Source of the DNA: Armatimonadota bacterium | Lineage (GTDB): Bacteria; Armatimonadota; Chthonomonadetes; Chthonomonadales; Chthonomonadaceae | Assembly: GCA_028871815.1 (NCBI GenBank) | Contig: JAGWMJ010000001.1 | Location: 584,715 to 648,714 of the forward strand | Direction: 5' to 3' | DNA: 64,000 nt | Shown here: positions 46,238 to 56,600 of the stretch, one piece after another | How the letters are laid out: each line of letters starts with the position of its first letter | Numbering within the stretch: the first letter of the stretch is position 1 | The notes under the pieces: model-generated | What the model was told of the DNA's origin: nothing | Databases searched by the model: none | The model's input: the letters and a program-made list of their open reading frames with translations, nothing else | Made by a program: the position numbers and the translations under genes

Positions 46238-48271
46238 ATGTCTACGGGAAGCAACAGAGCGGGAAACGGCAAGCCGGCCTTTACGCTGCTTGAGGTTCTG
46301 GTTGCACTTATCGTGCTTCTGGTCGGCATTCTCGCGCTGTTGCGGCTGTTTCCCGGCGGATTCCTCACGATTCAAAACACCGCGCAGCTCACGTCGGCGC
46401 AGGCTCTCGCCCGCCAACAGCTGGATCAGCAGAAGTCCACATTATCGGCGGCCGACGCCATCGTGCCGGGGTACTTTGAAAACACGGGTGGCGCTTTACC
46501 GTCGCTCGTGATCAATCCCAACATTCAGCCCGATGACCTTACCGATTTCGACAGCGTGCCCGGCAACGCTGCCGCCGGCACCACGGTCTACGATATCTCC
46601 AACATCAACCGCATTCGCACGGTGCTGAATGAGCATCTTCGCATTCCCATCCCGTCGCCCAACAGCGAATCGGGGAAGTACGGCGCCGCGTACGTTCTCA
46701 GCATGGGCCCGGTTTACAACCAGTTCGCACTCTCGAACACCGGAGGTCCGCAAGACCTGATTACGGTGCGCGGTATGCCGCTGCAGCGAATTGAGACTTC
46801 CGAGTCGGTACCGCTCGGCACACCAGATACGTCACTGAACCTGCGGAACGAGTCGCAGTATGCCGTCGATTACAACCGCGACAGTATCGCCTTCTATCCG
46901 CGCCTGGCGTCGGCGTCGCCCGTGACGACGTTCCGCAAGTTCGTTATCACCTACGACTACTATCGCAGGAACACCGCCGGCAACGCCATCACCGAAACGG
47001 CTGTGAGCGGGCCGGCAACCACCCTAATCGTTCCGGACGTGGACCCGACTACCATTCCCGCCGGCACCTCGCCCATGCCGACGTGGATACCCATCTTCAA
47101 CAACGCGGCGAACACCTATCCGGACAGCGCCACGCTGCCGGTGCCGTCGTCCCGGTTCCTGGGTATCCGGCGCGGCAGTGAGGATGTGAGCCGTGGCTTC
47201 GTTCTGATGAGCAGCGTGCCCTATATTGGGAGCGCCGCCCCGCCTGCCTGGACCTCCGACCCGTACGAGTACGCCTGGTACAGCAAACAGGAGCCTAACA
47301 ACGCCAACCTGGGCGTGCTTCTGTTCAATCCAGCCGGTCACAGCGATCTGGAAAATGGCCCATACGGCCCGCAGCCGCTGATGGCTCGAATCACGTACAC
47401 CACGTTCGACAACCATATTATTCGCGACGACCGCGCGGTGCCGTCCGCCGCGCCGTACGCCATCAAGCTGTCGCTGCCCCTGGTGCTGACCAATGGCGAT
47501 ACGCTCGATGACGGAACGCTTGAGACAGGCATGTTCCGGGATCCGGTCGCCGGCGATCCGCCGACGCCGGACGTGATTCTGATGAATGCCAACACCGGCG
47601 AGGAGATTGGCGAGTATACTAACGGTGCTGCGGTAACTGGTGGTGGCACTCCAAACTTTATACCATTTACGCTGGATGCCAAGGCCGGCATCGTCCGGCT
47701 CGATCCAACCGCGGCCGCCAACCTGCAGGGCGTTCCGTTACGGATACTGTACCGGGCCCAGAACGACTGGGGCGCACAGCTTCAAAAGGCTACCAGTCAA
47801 TACACGGTCATGGACCCCACCGCGTTTACAGCGGGCAGCTACAGCCTGCCGTACAACAACTGCTACATTGGCGGCTCGGTCGCTGCCGGCGTCGGCGACC
47901 CAACCAAGATCTATTTCCCGATATGTGACGCCGGCAAGTCGGTCTCCATCGCGCACCTGTGGGTGGTGGAGGTAATCGGAGGCGTTACGCAGGTGGTTGA
48001 CCTCCAGGGCCTGCAGTACCAGATCAACGCCGAACCAGGGCTGTTTGTATCGGTTCAATCCGGCCCGCCCCTCACCTGGATTGACCTGACCGCTGTCAAT
48101 CCCAACATCGTGCGGTTTGTGCCGGCCACCAACGGAATCACCAATGGCCGGACTGCCTCCGGTGTGATGGGCATATCAATGAAATCGCGCGTGGTGTGGA
48201 AGAGCGCAGAGCGATGGCGCAAAGTGGATAACGACACCGTTCTCGCCACGGGCTCGCCATATCAGCCGTAG
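46238..48271 (+). CDS. Giant PilV-like minor-pilin-type protein (678 aa).
   Basis: The N-terminal GKPAFTLLEVLVALIVLLVGILALLRLF follows the PilV pattern (FTLxEVLVAL..L..G.LAL), with Ala at position -1 and Glu at +5. It is followed by about 640 aa with no recognised motifs. Confidence 0.7.
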   Translation: MSTGSNRAGNGKPAFTLLEVLVALIVLLVGILALLRLFPGGFLTIQNTAQLTSAQALARQQLDQQKSTLSAADAIVPGYFENTGGALPSLVINPNIQPDDLTDFDSVPGNAAAGTTVYDISNINRIRTVLNEHLRIPIPSPNSESGKYGAAYVLSMGPVYNQFALSNTGGPQDLITVRGMPLQRIETSESVPLGTPDTSLNLRNESQYAVDYNRDSIAFYPRLASASPVTTFRKFVITYDYYRRNTAGNAITETAVSGPATTLIVPDVDPTTIPAGTSPMPTWIPIFNNAANTYPDSATLPVPSSRFLGIRRGSEDVSRGFVLMSSVPYIGSAAPPAWTSDPYEYAWYSKQEPNNANLGVLLFNPAGHSDLENGPYGPQPLMARITYTTFDNHIIRDDRAVPSAAPYAIKLSLPLVLTNGDTLDDGTLETGMFRDPVAGDPPTPDVILMNANTGEEIGEYTNGAAVTGGGTPNFIPFTLDAKAGIVRLDPTAAANLQGVPLRILYRAQNDWGAQLQKATSQYTVMDPTAFTAGSYSLPYNNCYIGGSVAAGVGDPTKIYFPICDAGKSVSIAHLWVVEVIGGVTQVVDLQGLQYQINAEPGLFVSVQSGPPLTWIDLTAVNPNIVRFVPATNGITNGRTASGVMGISMKSRVVWKSAERWRKVDNDTVLATGSPYQP

Positions 48272-48295
48272 CGCAACAGCTCGGGCAGACCTGCC

Positions 48296-50422
48296 ATGAC
48301 AGCACAACGCAACAACCACAACAAGAGTCAATCCGCCGCCGCTCGCGGGGCCACAGCGTTCACGCTCATTGAGCTGCTCGTCGTCCTGGCGCTCACGGCC
48401 ATCGTCTTTACCATAGTTTTCAAACCGCTGGTGGATGGATTTAACCTGGTCAGCCGCGCCGGTACGCAGATTGAAGCTCAGACCGATGCGCGAAACATCC
48501 TGAGGCAGATTTCCGGCTACACAGCGAATGCCGAGTATCTGTACGATAACTCCACCACGCGTATCAATCTCTGGTTTACCGATAGTACCGGCGCGCCCTA
48601 CTATATTAGCGAACCGTTCGCAATGATGGAGTACGTAAACCCGGCCCGGCAGGGCGATGAAAACCCATCCAACCAGATCATCGACCCGACCACCGGACAG
48701 CCGATCTATCCCGCCGGCGGACCGTTGAGCGGTTTCGCCCTGCCGCTCTCACCGGGGCGGTCGTTGGGACGCATCTTCATCGGTCTCAGCGATAACAGCG
48801 CCCAGCCCGACACCCATACGCTCAACCCGGGTGATCCGACCGACGTTCGCCAGGACGGTATGCCGCTCAAGCCATACGCCAATAGGTATTCCGACCCGAG
48901 CCTGGTGAACACCAGCCAGGATAACCGGTATACGCTGTACCACGCGGAAGTTCAAGCCTATATCCGCGACCCCGATAACGCCAACAACTATATTCCCAAC
49001 CTTTCACTGTTCCATACCGTGGATGCGTTGGGCAATCGCGACACAAAAACGGGGCAGTTGATCCTGCACGATCCGAACTTCTTCTACGATAACTCACTGG
49101 CCGGTGACTCAACCAGCAAGGGCGCCCTGAAGTGGGCCGTGCCCGGTTGGCGAGATTTGAACGGTGACGGCAAGGTTGAGATCTGGGAGAACTGGCGCGC
49201 CGTATCCACCAGCCTGATGGAGCGACGTAAGGTGGATATGGTGGCGCTCGACCGGGATGATAACAACCAGATTATCTATGGCGCGCTCAATCGGCCTACT
49301 GTCCGCCCGCTGGCGCAGTTTGCACCGTCATTTGTTGAGAACGATCCCGGCGTGCCCGCCAGCCTCGGCGCGGCCGGTAACGAGGCTCCGGATGCCGCCG
49401 CCGGCGCCTACACGGCGCAGTACGATCACTGGGCCAACAACCCGCTATCCCTGCCATACAAGGTCTTCGTCTATCGCGCTCCGAACAGCACCACCGATCC
49501 TACCACTCTCAATCCGGAGACCTACTTCATCGCCAACGGCAATGGGAAGATCGTGGCCGGCGTCGGACCGCCCGGCTCTACGCCGCCCGATCCCAACAGT
49601 CCTGCCAGTATCGACGTGGGTCCACGGCCCGATCCGGTAACAGGCGTTTGGAACAACCCGTATCCAAAGTTTGCCTTTACCGTCGATCCGGAACGAGGCG
49701 TGATCAACTTCGCATTTCCGGAGGGCGTGCTCATGCACGACGCCTCCAACAATGCCGTGCCGCAGCGCTACAATCCCGGAACAATCGATGCGGCGCTCGA
49801 CGGAACCTACGGCCGGCGCTACCTGGACCTGCATACATTTGCCCTGGCTCTCAACCCGCCGGCCGCCATCTCGCCAGTCGGTGAGTTCAACTTTGTGCAG
49901 GGTACGCTGCCCACGATCAGCATCGTGCCCGGCTCAGAAACGGTCTATGGGCCCGATCAGAGACCTGGCCCGCACTACGGATGGCGGACCGAATACTCAC
50001 GAGTCTCGGCCAACACCGGTACCGTGGGGCCAAACCAGTACAAGATCCTTTACGCCGACGCTGCGAACGCCGCCGCTGATCCACAGCCGAACGACCCGCG
50101 AGTGCGTATCGGTTACGTTGAGTTCGACAGTACGCCCGATGGCGCCGTAAGCAACATCAACGATAATCCCATCAACGGCGTCTACAAGCCACATGGCCTG
50201 CCCACGCTCAAAGCCTCCGGCGGCGTGAATGTGGCTGCCGACCCGGTAGAAGTTTCGTACAGCTTCCAGATGAATCGGCCAAACGACGTCGTGAAGATCG
50301 ACTACTACACCCGCGATCTGTTTAACATCACCCTGCAAACCCGCTACTACGATCAGGCCTCGGGCACGCCGCAATCTGTGGACCTGGCCGAACGGATACA
50401 TCTGCGGAACCTGCAGCACTAG
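48296..50422 (+). CDS. Giant PilW-like minor-pilin-type protein (708 aa).
   Basis: The N-terminal ARGATAFTLIELLVVLALTAIVFTIVFKPL has Ala at -1 and Glu at +5. Confidence 0.7.
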   Translation: MTAQRNNHNKSQSAAARGATAFTLIELLVVLALTAIVFTIVFKPLVDGFNLVSRAGTQIEAQTDARNILRQISGYTANAEYLYDNSTTRINLWFTDSTGAPYYISEPFAMMEYVNPARQGDENPSNQIIDPTTGQPIYPAGGPLSGFALPLSPGRSLGRIFIGLSDNSAQPDTHTLNPGDPTDVRQDGMPLKPYANRYSDPSLVNTSQDNRYTLYHAEVQAYIRDPDNANNYIPNLSLFHTVDALGNRDTKTGQLILHDPNFFYDNSLAGDSTSKGALKWAVPGWRDLNGDGKVEIWENWRAVSTSLMERRKVDMVALDRDDNNQIIYGALNRPTVRPLAQFAPSFVENDPGVPASLGAAGNEAPDAAAGAYTAQYDHWANNPLSLPYKVFVYRAPNSTTDPTTLNPETYFIANGNGKIVAGVGPPGSTPPDPNSPASIDVGPRPDPVTGVWNNPYPKFAFTVDPERGVINFAFPEGVLMHDASNNAVPQRYNPGTIDAALDGTYGRRYLDLHTFALALNPPAAISPVGEFNFVQGTLPTISIVPGSETVYGPDQRPGPHYGWRTEYSRVSANTGTVGPNQYKILYADAANAAADPQPNDPRVRIGYVEFDSTPDGAVSNINDNPINGVYKPHGLPTLKASGGVNVAADPVEVSYSFQMNRPNDVVKIDYYTRDLFNITLQTRYYDQASGTPQSVDLAERIHLRNLQH

Positions 50423-50500
50423 AGCAACATCTAAGAGACAGCCCGCTTGGGGCCAACATCCTGGCATGCATCGCCAGCACCAAACCGGAGTGACCGCCTG

Positions 50501-53500
50501 ATGTCCGTCCGCTTTCGGAAGCAGGAACTGAATTCAACCAGCCGACCTGGGGCGCATCGCGGCCAGACGCTGATCGTGGCGCTGGCCGTGCTGTTCGTGC
50601 TCCTGATCATCGGCAGCCTCTTTGTTACCGAGGTTGCGCGCAACCTTACAGCCGCCGGCAGAAGTAGCGATACCCAGGCGGCAGCGGCACTTGCAGAGGC
50701 AGGTATCCGGTACGGCGACCAGCAGTTGACGCAGAGTGAGCAGGGCGCCGACTGGCGGCCCACACCCACCGGCGCAACAAACCTCACGGACCCAGATTAC
50801 GAGTGGCTGGCCGAAGGGTTTACGCGTGTTCCCATGCGTGGCGGTCGCGCCCTTATCCGCGTTACGTACGATCCACGCCCGGATAATCCGCGCAGCCAGT
50901 ACATCAAGATTGAGTCGATCGGACGGCCCGGCGAACTCGGCGCCACCGAAGACCCCACTGTGTTCGCGCAGCAGGGGAACGTGCCCCGCCTGCGCAGTGA
51001 GCGCGTCGCCTACAAGCAGATTGGGCTTACCGATTACAGCCTGTTCATCACGGATAAAACGCGAAGTGGCGTCGCAGACTTTCTTGGCTGGCCGGCCGGT
51101 CCACACAACACCTCGGTGGTTATCGGCGACCCGACGACGGCTGAGTTTCCTTCCGGCATAAACAACAACCACCTCATCCTGAACGGCGCGGTCCGCTGCA
51201 ATGCCGACCTGAATCTGGGTGGCGACTTCTTCCTGTATGCGGGAGCCCGTGGTAACGTCGATTCCTCCGGAAATCCCGAGCCGCTGCTCTCGAACGAGGG
51301 GATGTACGTAGCCGGTAACATCAACCTTGTGCCCACGCGAGATGTGAATGGCGACGGGACACTCGGCGCCGGCGACCTGCAGGCGCACGTCGACCAGATT
51401 ATCAACTATCCCGGGCTGGTGAATAACCCCGCCACCGACCCATCGCAATCGGGCAACTTGATCCGCAGCAGCACCGATCCGCTCTACAGCACGCACGGTG
51501 GCTATGTAAGAGATGGCTCATCGGCTACCGACGTGAACGGGTTTACACGAGACACGCCGAGACTGGATCCGCCGAGCATCGACGCCGATGTGGCCGGAAC
51601 CACCACCATGCGCTACCGCGCGCTAACCCGCGACAGCGGTGAGTGGATCACCGACGCCAACGGCAACCCGCAGAATACCGGTCTGTATGGATGGGGCAGC
51701 CAGGGCATCTACGTGGATAACCCGGCCGACCTTCAGCCCGAAACCTTTACACCGGGTATCAATGGCGGATACTCGCTTCCCCGTGAATGGCTGAACCCAC
51801 AGGGAAACTACGCCGACGGCGCATGGCAGGGACCGCAGTACCGGCCGCCATCGGTCAACGTCTATCTGGAGGGCGATCAAATCGTCATGGTTCGGGATGA
51901 CGGCCAATCGTGGCTGAAACCGGACGGCACCCCGATAGCTCCCGGCGGCGCATCCACCATCACGATTCCACTCTCGGACGCTGCCCGCCGCAACCACACC
52001 TTCCCGGACGGCGTAACGGTTTACGTACCGCCCTTTCCGCACAACGGCGACGATCCCAGCAGCTACAGCGCCGCGAATCCCAGCCCTTATGGAGACCCAA
52101 ACTCCTACGGAGTCAATGTGGTGATCATGCTGGAGGGAAACGTGAGCGTGCGTGGCGTCTACGGTGCGATTACCGATCCCACGCAGGATCTGAACGCGCC
52201 GCAGCTATCGCGGGTCCATCTCACCATCGTCACCGGCGGCACCGCCTATATCACGGGCAACCTCGTGAAGGGCGACGGCTACATCGATCCCAATACCCAC
52301 GTAGTGCACAGCGAGCGAAACTCCACCTGCGCCATACTGGCTAAGGACTATGTTTGCGTGAACACCACGCTGTTCAATGCGTCCGAAAGCAATGCAGCTG
52401 CATGGTCCGATCTCACGCCGGGCAGTTCGATGATGACTACCGAAATCGGCGCCCAGAACCCGTACAGCTTTGACTTCAGTTTCGGTGTGGATCCCACCAC
52501 GTACGGCATGCCATCGTACGTGATGCTGCGGCACGCGGCCGTCGCGCCGGGACCCTCGTACCTGAATATGCTCATCAACCCGGCCCTGGGAACCACCACG
52601 GCCGACGGCGATAACACCTCGAACTACCTTTTCGAATTCAATAACGAGCCGTCGGGGTCCGTCGCCGATCCCTTCGACGTGCCGTATGCGGTGAGCCAGG
52701 GCTGGACGGGCAGCGCTTACCTCTCCAGCAGCGTCGGCGTGGCGCCGAACTTCGAGCAGATCGCCTTTCCGCTGGAAGGGCACATTGGCATACTGAACAG
52801 CGATCTGCCCAACGACCCCGTTTTTCTGCCGACAGCGCCGTACAAGAGCTGGTTCCCGACGCTGGCGCACGTTCCCGCCAACGCCTCGGCTCCGCCGGTG
52901 CCCGGATACGACAACACGGTGCAGCTGCAACTGGACACGCTGGTCGATCCGAGTACCGGGAGCTTCTCCGGCGCCTTTACCGACTATTTGATGAGCAATG
53001 CCGCGGTGGCGCCAAACGATATTCGCATCGAGGCGCTGCTCTACGCCGAGAACCGATCCTTCTTCGTGATTCCCGGTTATCCGTTCAACACCGATCAAAA
53101 CGATACACGAGAGGCGGCTGCGGTAAGCGGTGTGCGCCGGTCGTACGGTGGACCTTATACTGGCCTGAATGCGCTCATCCCATTCTATAACGAACCCGCC
53201 GACGTGCGCATCACGATATTCGGCGCCATCTGCGAGAACTATACGGCTTCGTCGTCGGATCAAAAGGCGTGGCTACAGAAGTGGGGCTATATTCCGGCCA
53301 CACTCGGCTCGTCCGGCATCAGCATTCCCCTGGATCACCTTAGGGTGCATGATCCGTCTAACGCACCGTACAATCCGGCGGAAGACAAGACTGCGGACTT
53401 CCGCACACCATTCGAAAGCCAAACCGGCGTGCCGGCCCAGTATGCCGACTTTCCGTTGACTCGCGGCTTGCGGTTGGTGTACGACCCTGCCTTCGCGATG

Positions 53501-53692
53501 CCCTACGAGGCGCCGACTGATCCGACGCTGCCCACCGATAACCGCGGTGCGCGGTCACTGAGGTTCATCGATACTAAAGTGATCAATCCAAACACGAATA
53601 CCGACTTTATCCAGACGCTGCCGCCTATTCCCGACCTGCCGGTGTGCCCCGGTCTGCTCTACTTTGGCGCCAGCGACCAACCGATAAGCTAA
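50501..53692 (+). CDS. Giant PilX/GspK-like protein (1064 aa).
   Basis: The N-terminal RGQTLIVALAVLFVLLIIGSLFVTEVA is a pseudopilin-like hydrophobic helix lacking Phe1 and Glu5, as in PilX/GspK. The start is taken at the ATG 50501. Confidence 0.65.
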   Translation: MSVRFRKQELNSTSRPGAHRGQTLIVALAVLFVLLIIGSLFVTEVARNLTAAGRSSDTQAAAALAEAGIRYGDQQLTQSEQGADWRPTPTGATNLTDPDYEWLAEGFTRVPMRGGRALIRVTYDPRPDNPRSQYIKIESIGRPGELGATEDPTVFAQQGNVPRLRSERVAYKQIGLTDYSLFITDKTRSGVADFLGWPAGPHNTSVVIGDPTTAEFPSGINNNHLILNGAVRCNADLNLGGDFFLYAGARGNVDSSGNPEPLLSNEGMYVAGNINLVPTRDVNGDGTLGAGDLQAHVDQIINYPGLVNNPATDPSQSGNLIRSSTDPLYSTHGGYVRDGSSATDVNGFTRDTPRLDPPSIDADVAGTTTMRYRALTRDSGEWITDANGNPQNTGLYGWGSQGIYVDNPADLQPETFTPGINGGYSLPREWLNPQGNYADGAWQGPQYRPPSVNVYLEGDQIVMVRDDGQSWLKPDGTPIAPGGASTITIPLSDAARRNHTFPDGVTVYVPPFPHNGDDPSSYSAANPSPYGDPNSYGVNVVIMLEGNVSVRGVYGAITDPTQDLNAPQLSRVHLTIVTGGTAYITGNLVKGDGYIDPNTHVVHSERNSTCAILAKDYVCVNTTLFNASESNAAAWSDLTPGSSMMTTEIGAQNPYSFDFSFGVDPTTYGMPSYVMLRHAAVAPGPSYLNMLINPALGTTTADGDNTSNYLFEFNNEPSGSVADPFDVPYAVSQGWTGSAYLSSSVGVAPNFEQIAFPLEGHIGILNSDLPNDPVFLPTAPYKSWFPTLAHVPANASAPPVPGYDNTVQLQLDTLVDPSTGSFSGAFTDYLMSNAAVAPNDIRIEALLYAENRSFFVIPGYPFNTDQNDTREAAAVSGVRRSYGGPYTGLNALIPFYNEPADVRITIFGAICENYTASSSDQKAWLQKWGYIPATLGSSGISIPLDHLRVHDPSNAPYNPAEDKTADFRTPFESQTGVPAQYADFPLTRGLRLVYDPAFAMPYEAPTDPTLPTDNRGARSLRFIDTKVINPNTNTDFIQTLPPIPDLPVCPGLLYFGASDQPIS

Positions 53693-53694
53693 GA

Positions 53695-56600
53695 ATGCGG
53701 ACAAGAGATATGTTGAGAGGAACAGCCAGCCGGTTTACCGGCGCCGCACTTGTTGCGGGGGCATTGCTTGCCCTTACGTGCGCACCGGCAAGTGCCGATG
53801 TATACGGTTACGCCTCCAGCCTGCGCCAGGTTCACGCCTGCGTCCTGGTCTCGAATGCCGCGGCCACCAACGTCAATGGCGTCACTGTGCCCGAAAACTG
53901 TACTCCCTTCGTCTTTTATGCGATGGACGTGCGCACCGACCTCAAACCGGGCGGCTGGAGCTTTTCGAATCCGCTGGCTCCCGCAACCATCACGAGCACG
54001 ATGTGGCAGCGGTGGTACAACCGCCAGGTTGGAAGCGCAACTCCCGACCCGGCGTTCCAGCCGGGTACGCCCCAGGAGATCAGCTTCCAGATTGGCGCGC
54101 CACTGACCAAAAACATGGCGCCCTACTGGGAGGTGAACCTCGACACGGTTTCGAGCTCCGATCTCAACCAGTTTGATGTGGTTCTGATGGCGTATCGCGA
54201 TGCGTTCAGCTTTACACCGGATGAGCGTGCCAAGCTGCAGCATTTTATGGATGGTGGCGGCACAATCTGGCTGGAAGATGAAGGCGGCGCCAACGTGGTG
54301 GCTAATGGTGGTCAGTTCGCCATTCCGGTGATCTTCAACACAAACCCGGCCGCCGGCGTCGCACCGACTCTCGCGTCGTTCAACCATCCGCTGGTCAACT
54401 TTCCTTACACCATTTCGGCAACGCAGATTCAGGGCCTGGGTCAGGGCGAAACCGGACCGCACCACATTGCCACGTCGCCCACGGGTGGGTTGGTAAGTCC
54501 CAGCATCGTGGAACCGGTGGTTCGGCAAGGCTCGCTCAACCTGCCACTGGTCTATGCCGGTGATTATGGCGCCGGGCATCTGCTCATCAGTTCGCTTGGC
54601 GTTGCCACCGGCATCGCGGGATACCTGGGCGGGCCCAACATCGCGAACGAGGGGCCGAACACGGCTACAATCACGGGCACGCAGCTTTTGGGCGTTCGTG
54701 CGGTCGATCTGGAATTCGCCATCAACGCTGTGGCATGGACCTCCTCGATTACCGAAGGCGCCGTAAACGCACGCCGTGCGGGTGGCGCCACAGAGACGAT
54801 GGACGCCGCGCTCGGCGAGAAATGGGCCACCATACCGCACGCCGGCCGAACCTCCGCCGATTCCGGCGCCGTCAGCTACAAGAACGTCGTATTCTGGGTA
54901 GGACCTGCCGCCAATGGAAGCAATGCCAACCCCAGCGTATTACACGCCTTTAATGCCAACCCGGGTCAGGACCTGGATGGAGACCTGAGCTCGGACGAAG
55001 GTCTGGTGGACTACTCCACGGGTACCCCGTGGGATGAGATCTGGAACTACGACCTCACCAAGGTTAACGGCAGCGGAACCACCACAACCTCGCGCGTTTC
55101 AACTCCTACCGTCATCTCGCTGGCTAACTCTGCCAACGGGCTGTCCCAGGATCTGGTAGCGGTAACGAATTCCGTTGGCGTAACCATGGCGTTCCAGGCA
55201 TTTCCTGGCGGCAGCGTCTTCTCCAGCGTTGGTCAGCTCGCCTGGACAACATCGGCACTGTACGGACCAGGTCCCGACATTTCTGCGGAACTCTCGTTCC
55301 CTTATCGGAATCAAAGCGCGGGTTCAGGTGATCCAAACCAACTCTATCCAGACATCCCGGCCCCGGCTCCCGTGCTTTCCGAAGGCGTTTTATTCGCGAT
55401 TGCGTATGTGCAGTCCGCCGACGTAAACCACTCGTGGAGGGTGGCAGCCATCGACCCAGCGACCGGTGCCAACATCTTTGGAACCGCAAGCGGGTATGCC
55501 CCATTCTCTACTCCCGGAGTGATAGGACTGCCCACACCTACGGGCCCGCTTTCGGCGTCTTACGTACGGGACGACCTTACCGGCGCGCAAGACAAAATGA
55601 TCATGGTGCCCACCGAGGACCTCTCCAACAATACGGTTACCGGCGCCATCGATGGGCTCTGGTTCGCAACGCGCGATGAGCCACTGGTGGCGTCGTCCAC
55701 GGGCTTAGCCGGCGACTACAGCCCGATTGGCAACCGTGCGCATGTGCCGTGGTACGCACCGACCACAGGCGCGAATACCTCCCTGCTGCCCGTCGTTTCG
55801 GTAGTGACAACCAATACACAAACAGGGTTGGTCACCAACGTCACGCAGTTGCAGTCCACGCAATACCAGATTCTCTATCTCGGCGCGCCGGGTTCGCGCA
55901 ACATGGTGGTGCGCCTCTCAACGCCACTCAATCCGCCCGTTGGGTTTACTCAGACGGTTAGCGCCGACTACACGGTGGATTGGCCGGATGCGCCGATTGG
56001 GGCCGGGGCCTCCGTACCAATCGCCTCGGAACTCAGCCTCTTCTCCGGAACGCTGCCCCAGTACGGCAACAACTACCGGCTGTTTTCACCGAACAATGCG
56101 CCAAATCGCGAACCGGTGCTTCTCTCGGGTGCGCCGGCCGTGAGCCGAAACGATCTGACGATCTTTGGCGCCGGCGATTATGACAACGCGGACCGGATCT
56201 ATGCCTATCGGCCTCAGTTTGCCACGGGCAGGTCCAGCGCAGGCTATGCCGTACCCTACGTGCCTGAAATCGCCTGGATGTTCTCGCCAGCCACCGCCTT
56301 CAGCGACGGCAACACGGCGGACTTCGTTCCTGCCCGGTTTGTGGTGGCGCCCAATACAGGCGTTGCTACCCCGAACAACGGCGCGGCTCCAACGGCGTTT
56401 TACGATTTCGAAATGGTCGGCAGCCCCGCGGTAGTCAACGGGACGGTGTACGTTGCCGGCTGGGGGCATCTTGTTGGCGACAGCGGGCAAGGGGGCGACG
56501 ACGTCTCCATCATTGCGGCGCTTCGCGAGCAGCCGCCACTCACTTTCACGATCCCCAACCTTCCCGCGGGCTCCACGGTGAGTGACATCACGGTTTCGCA

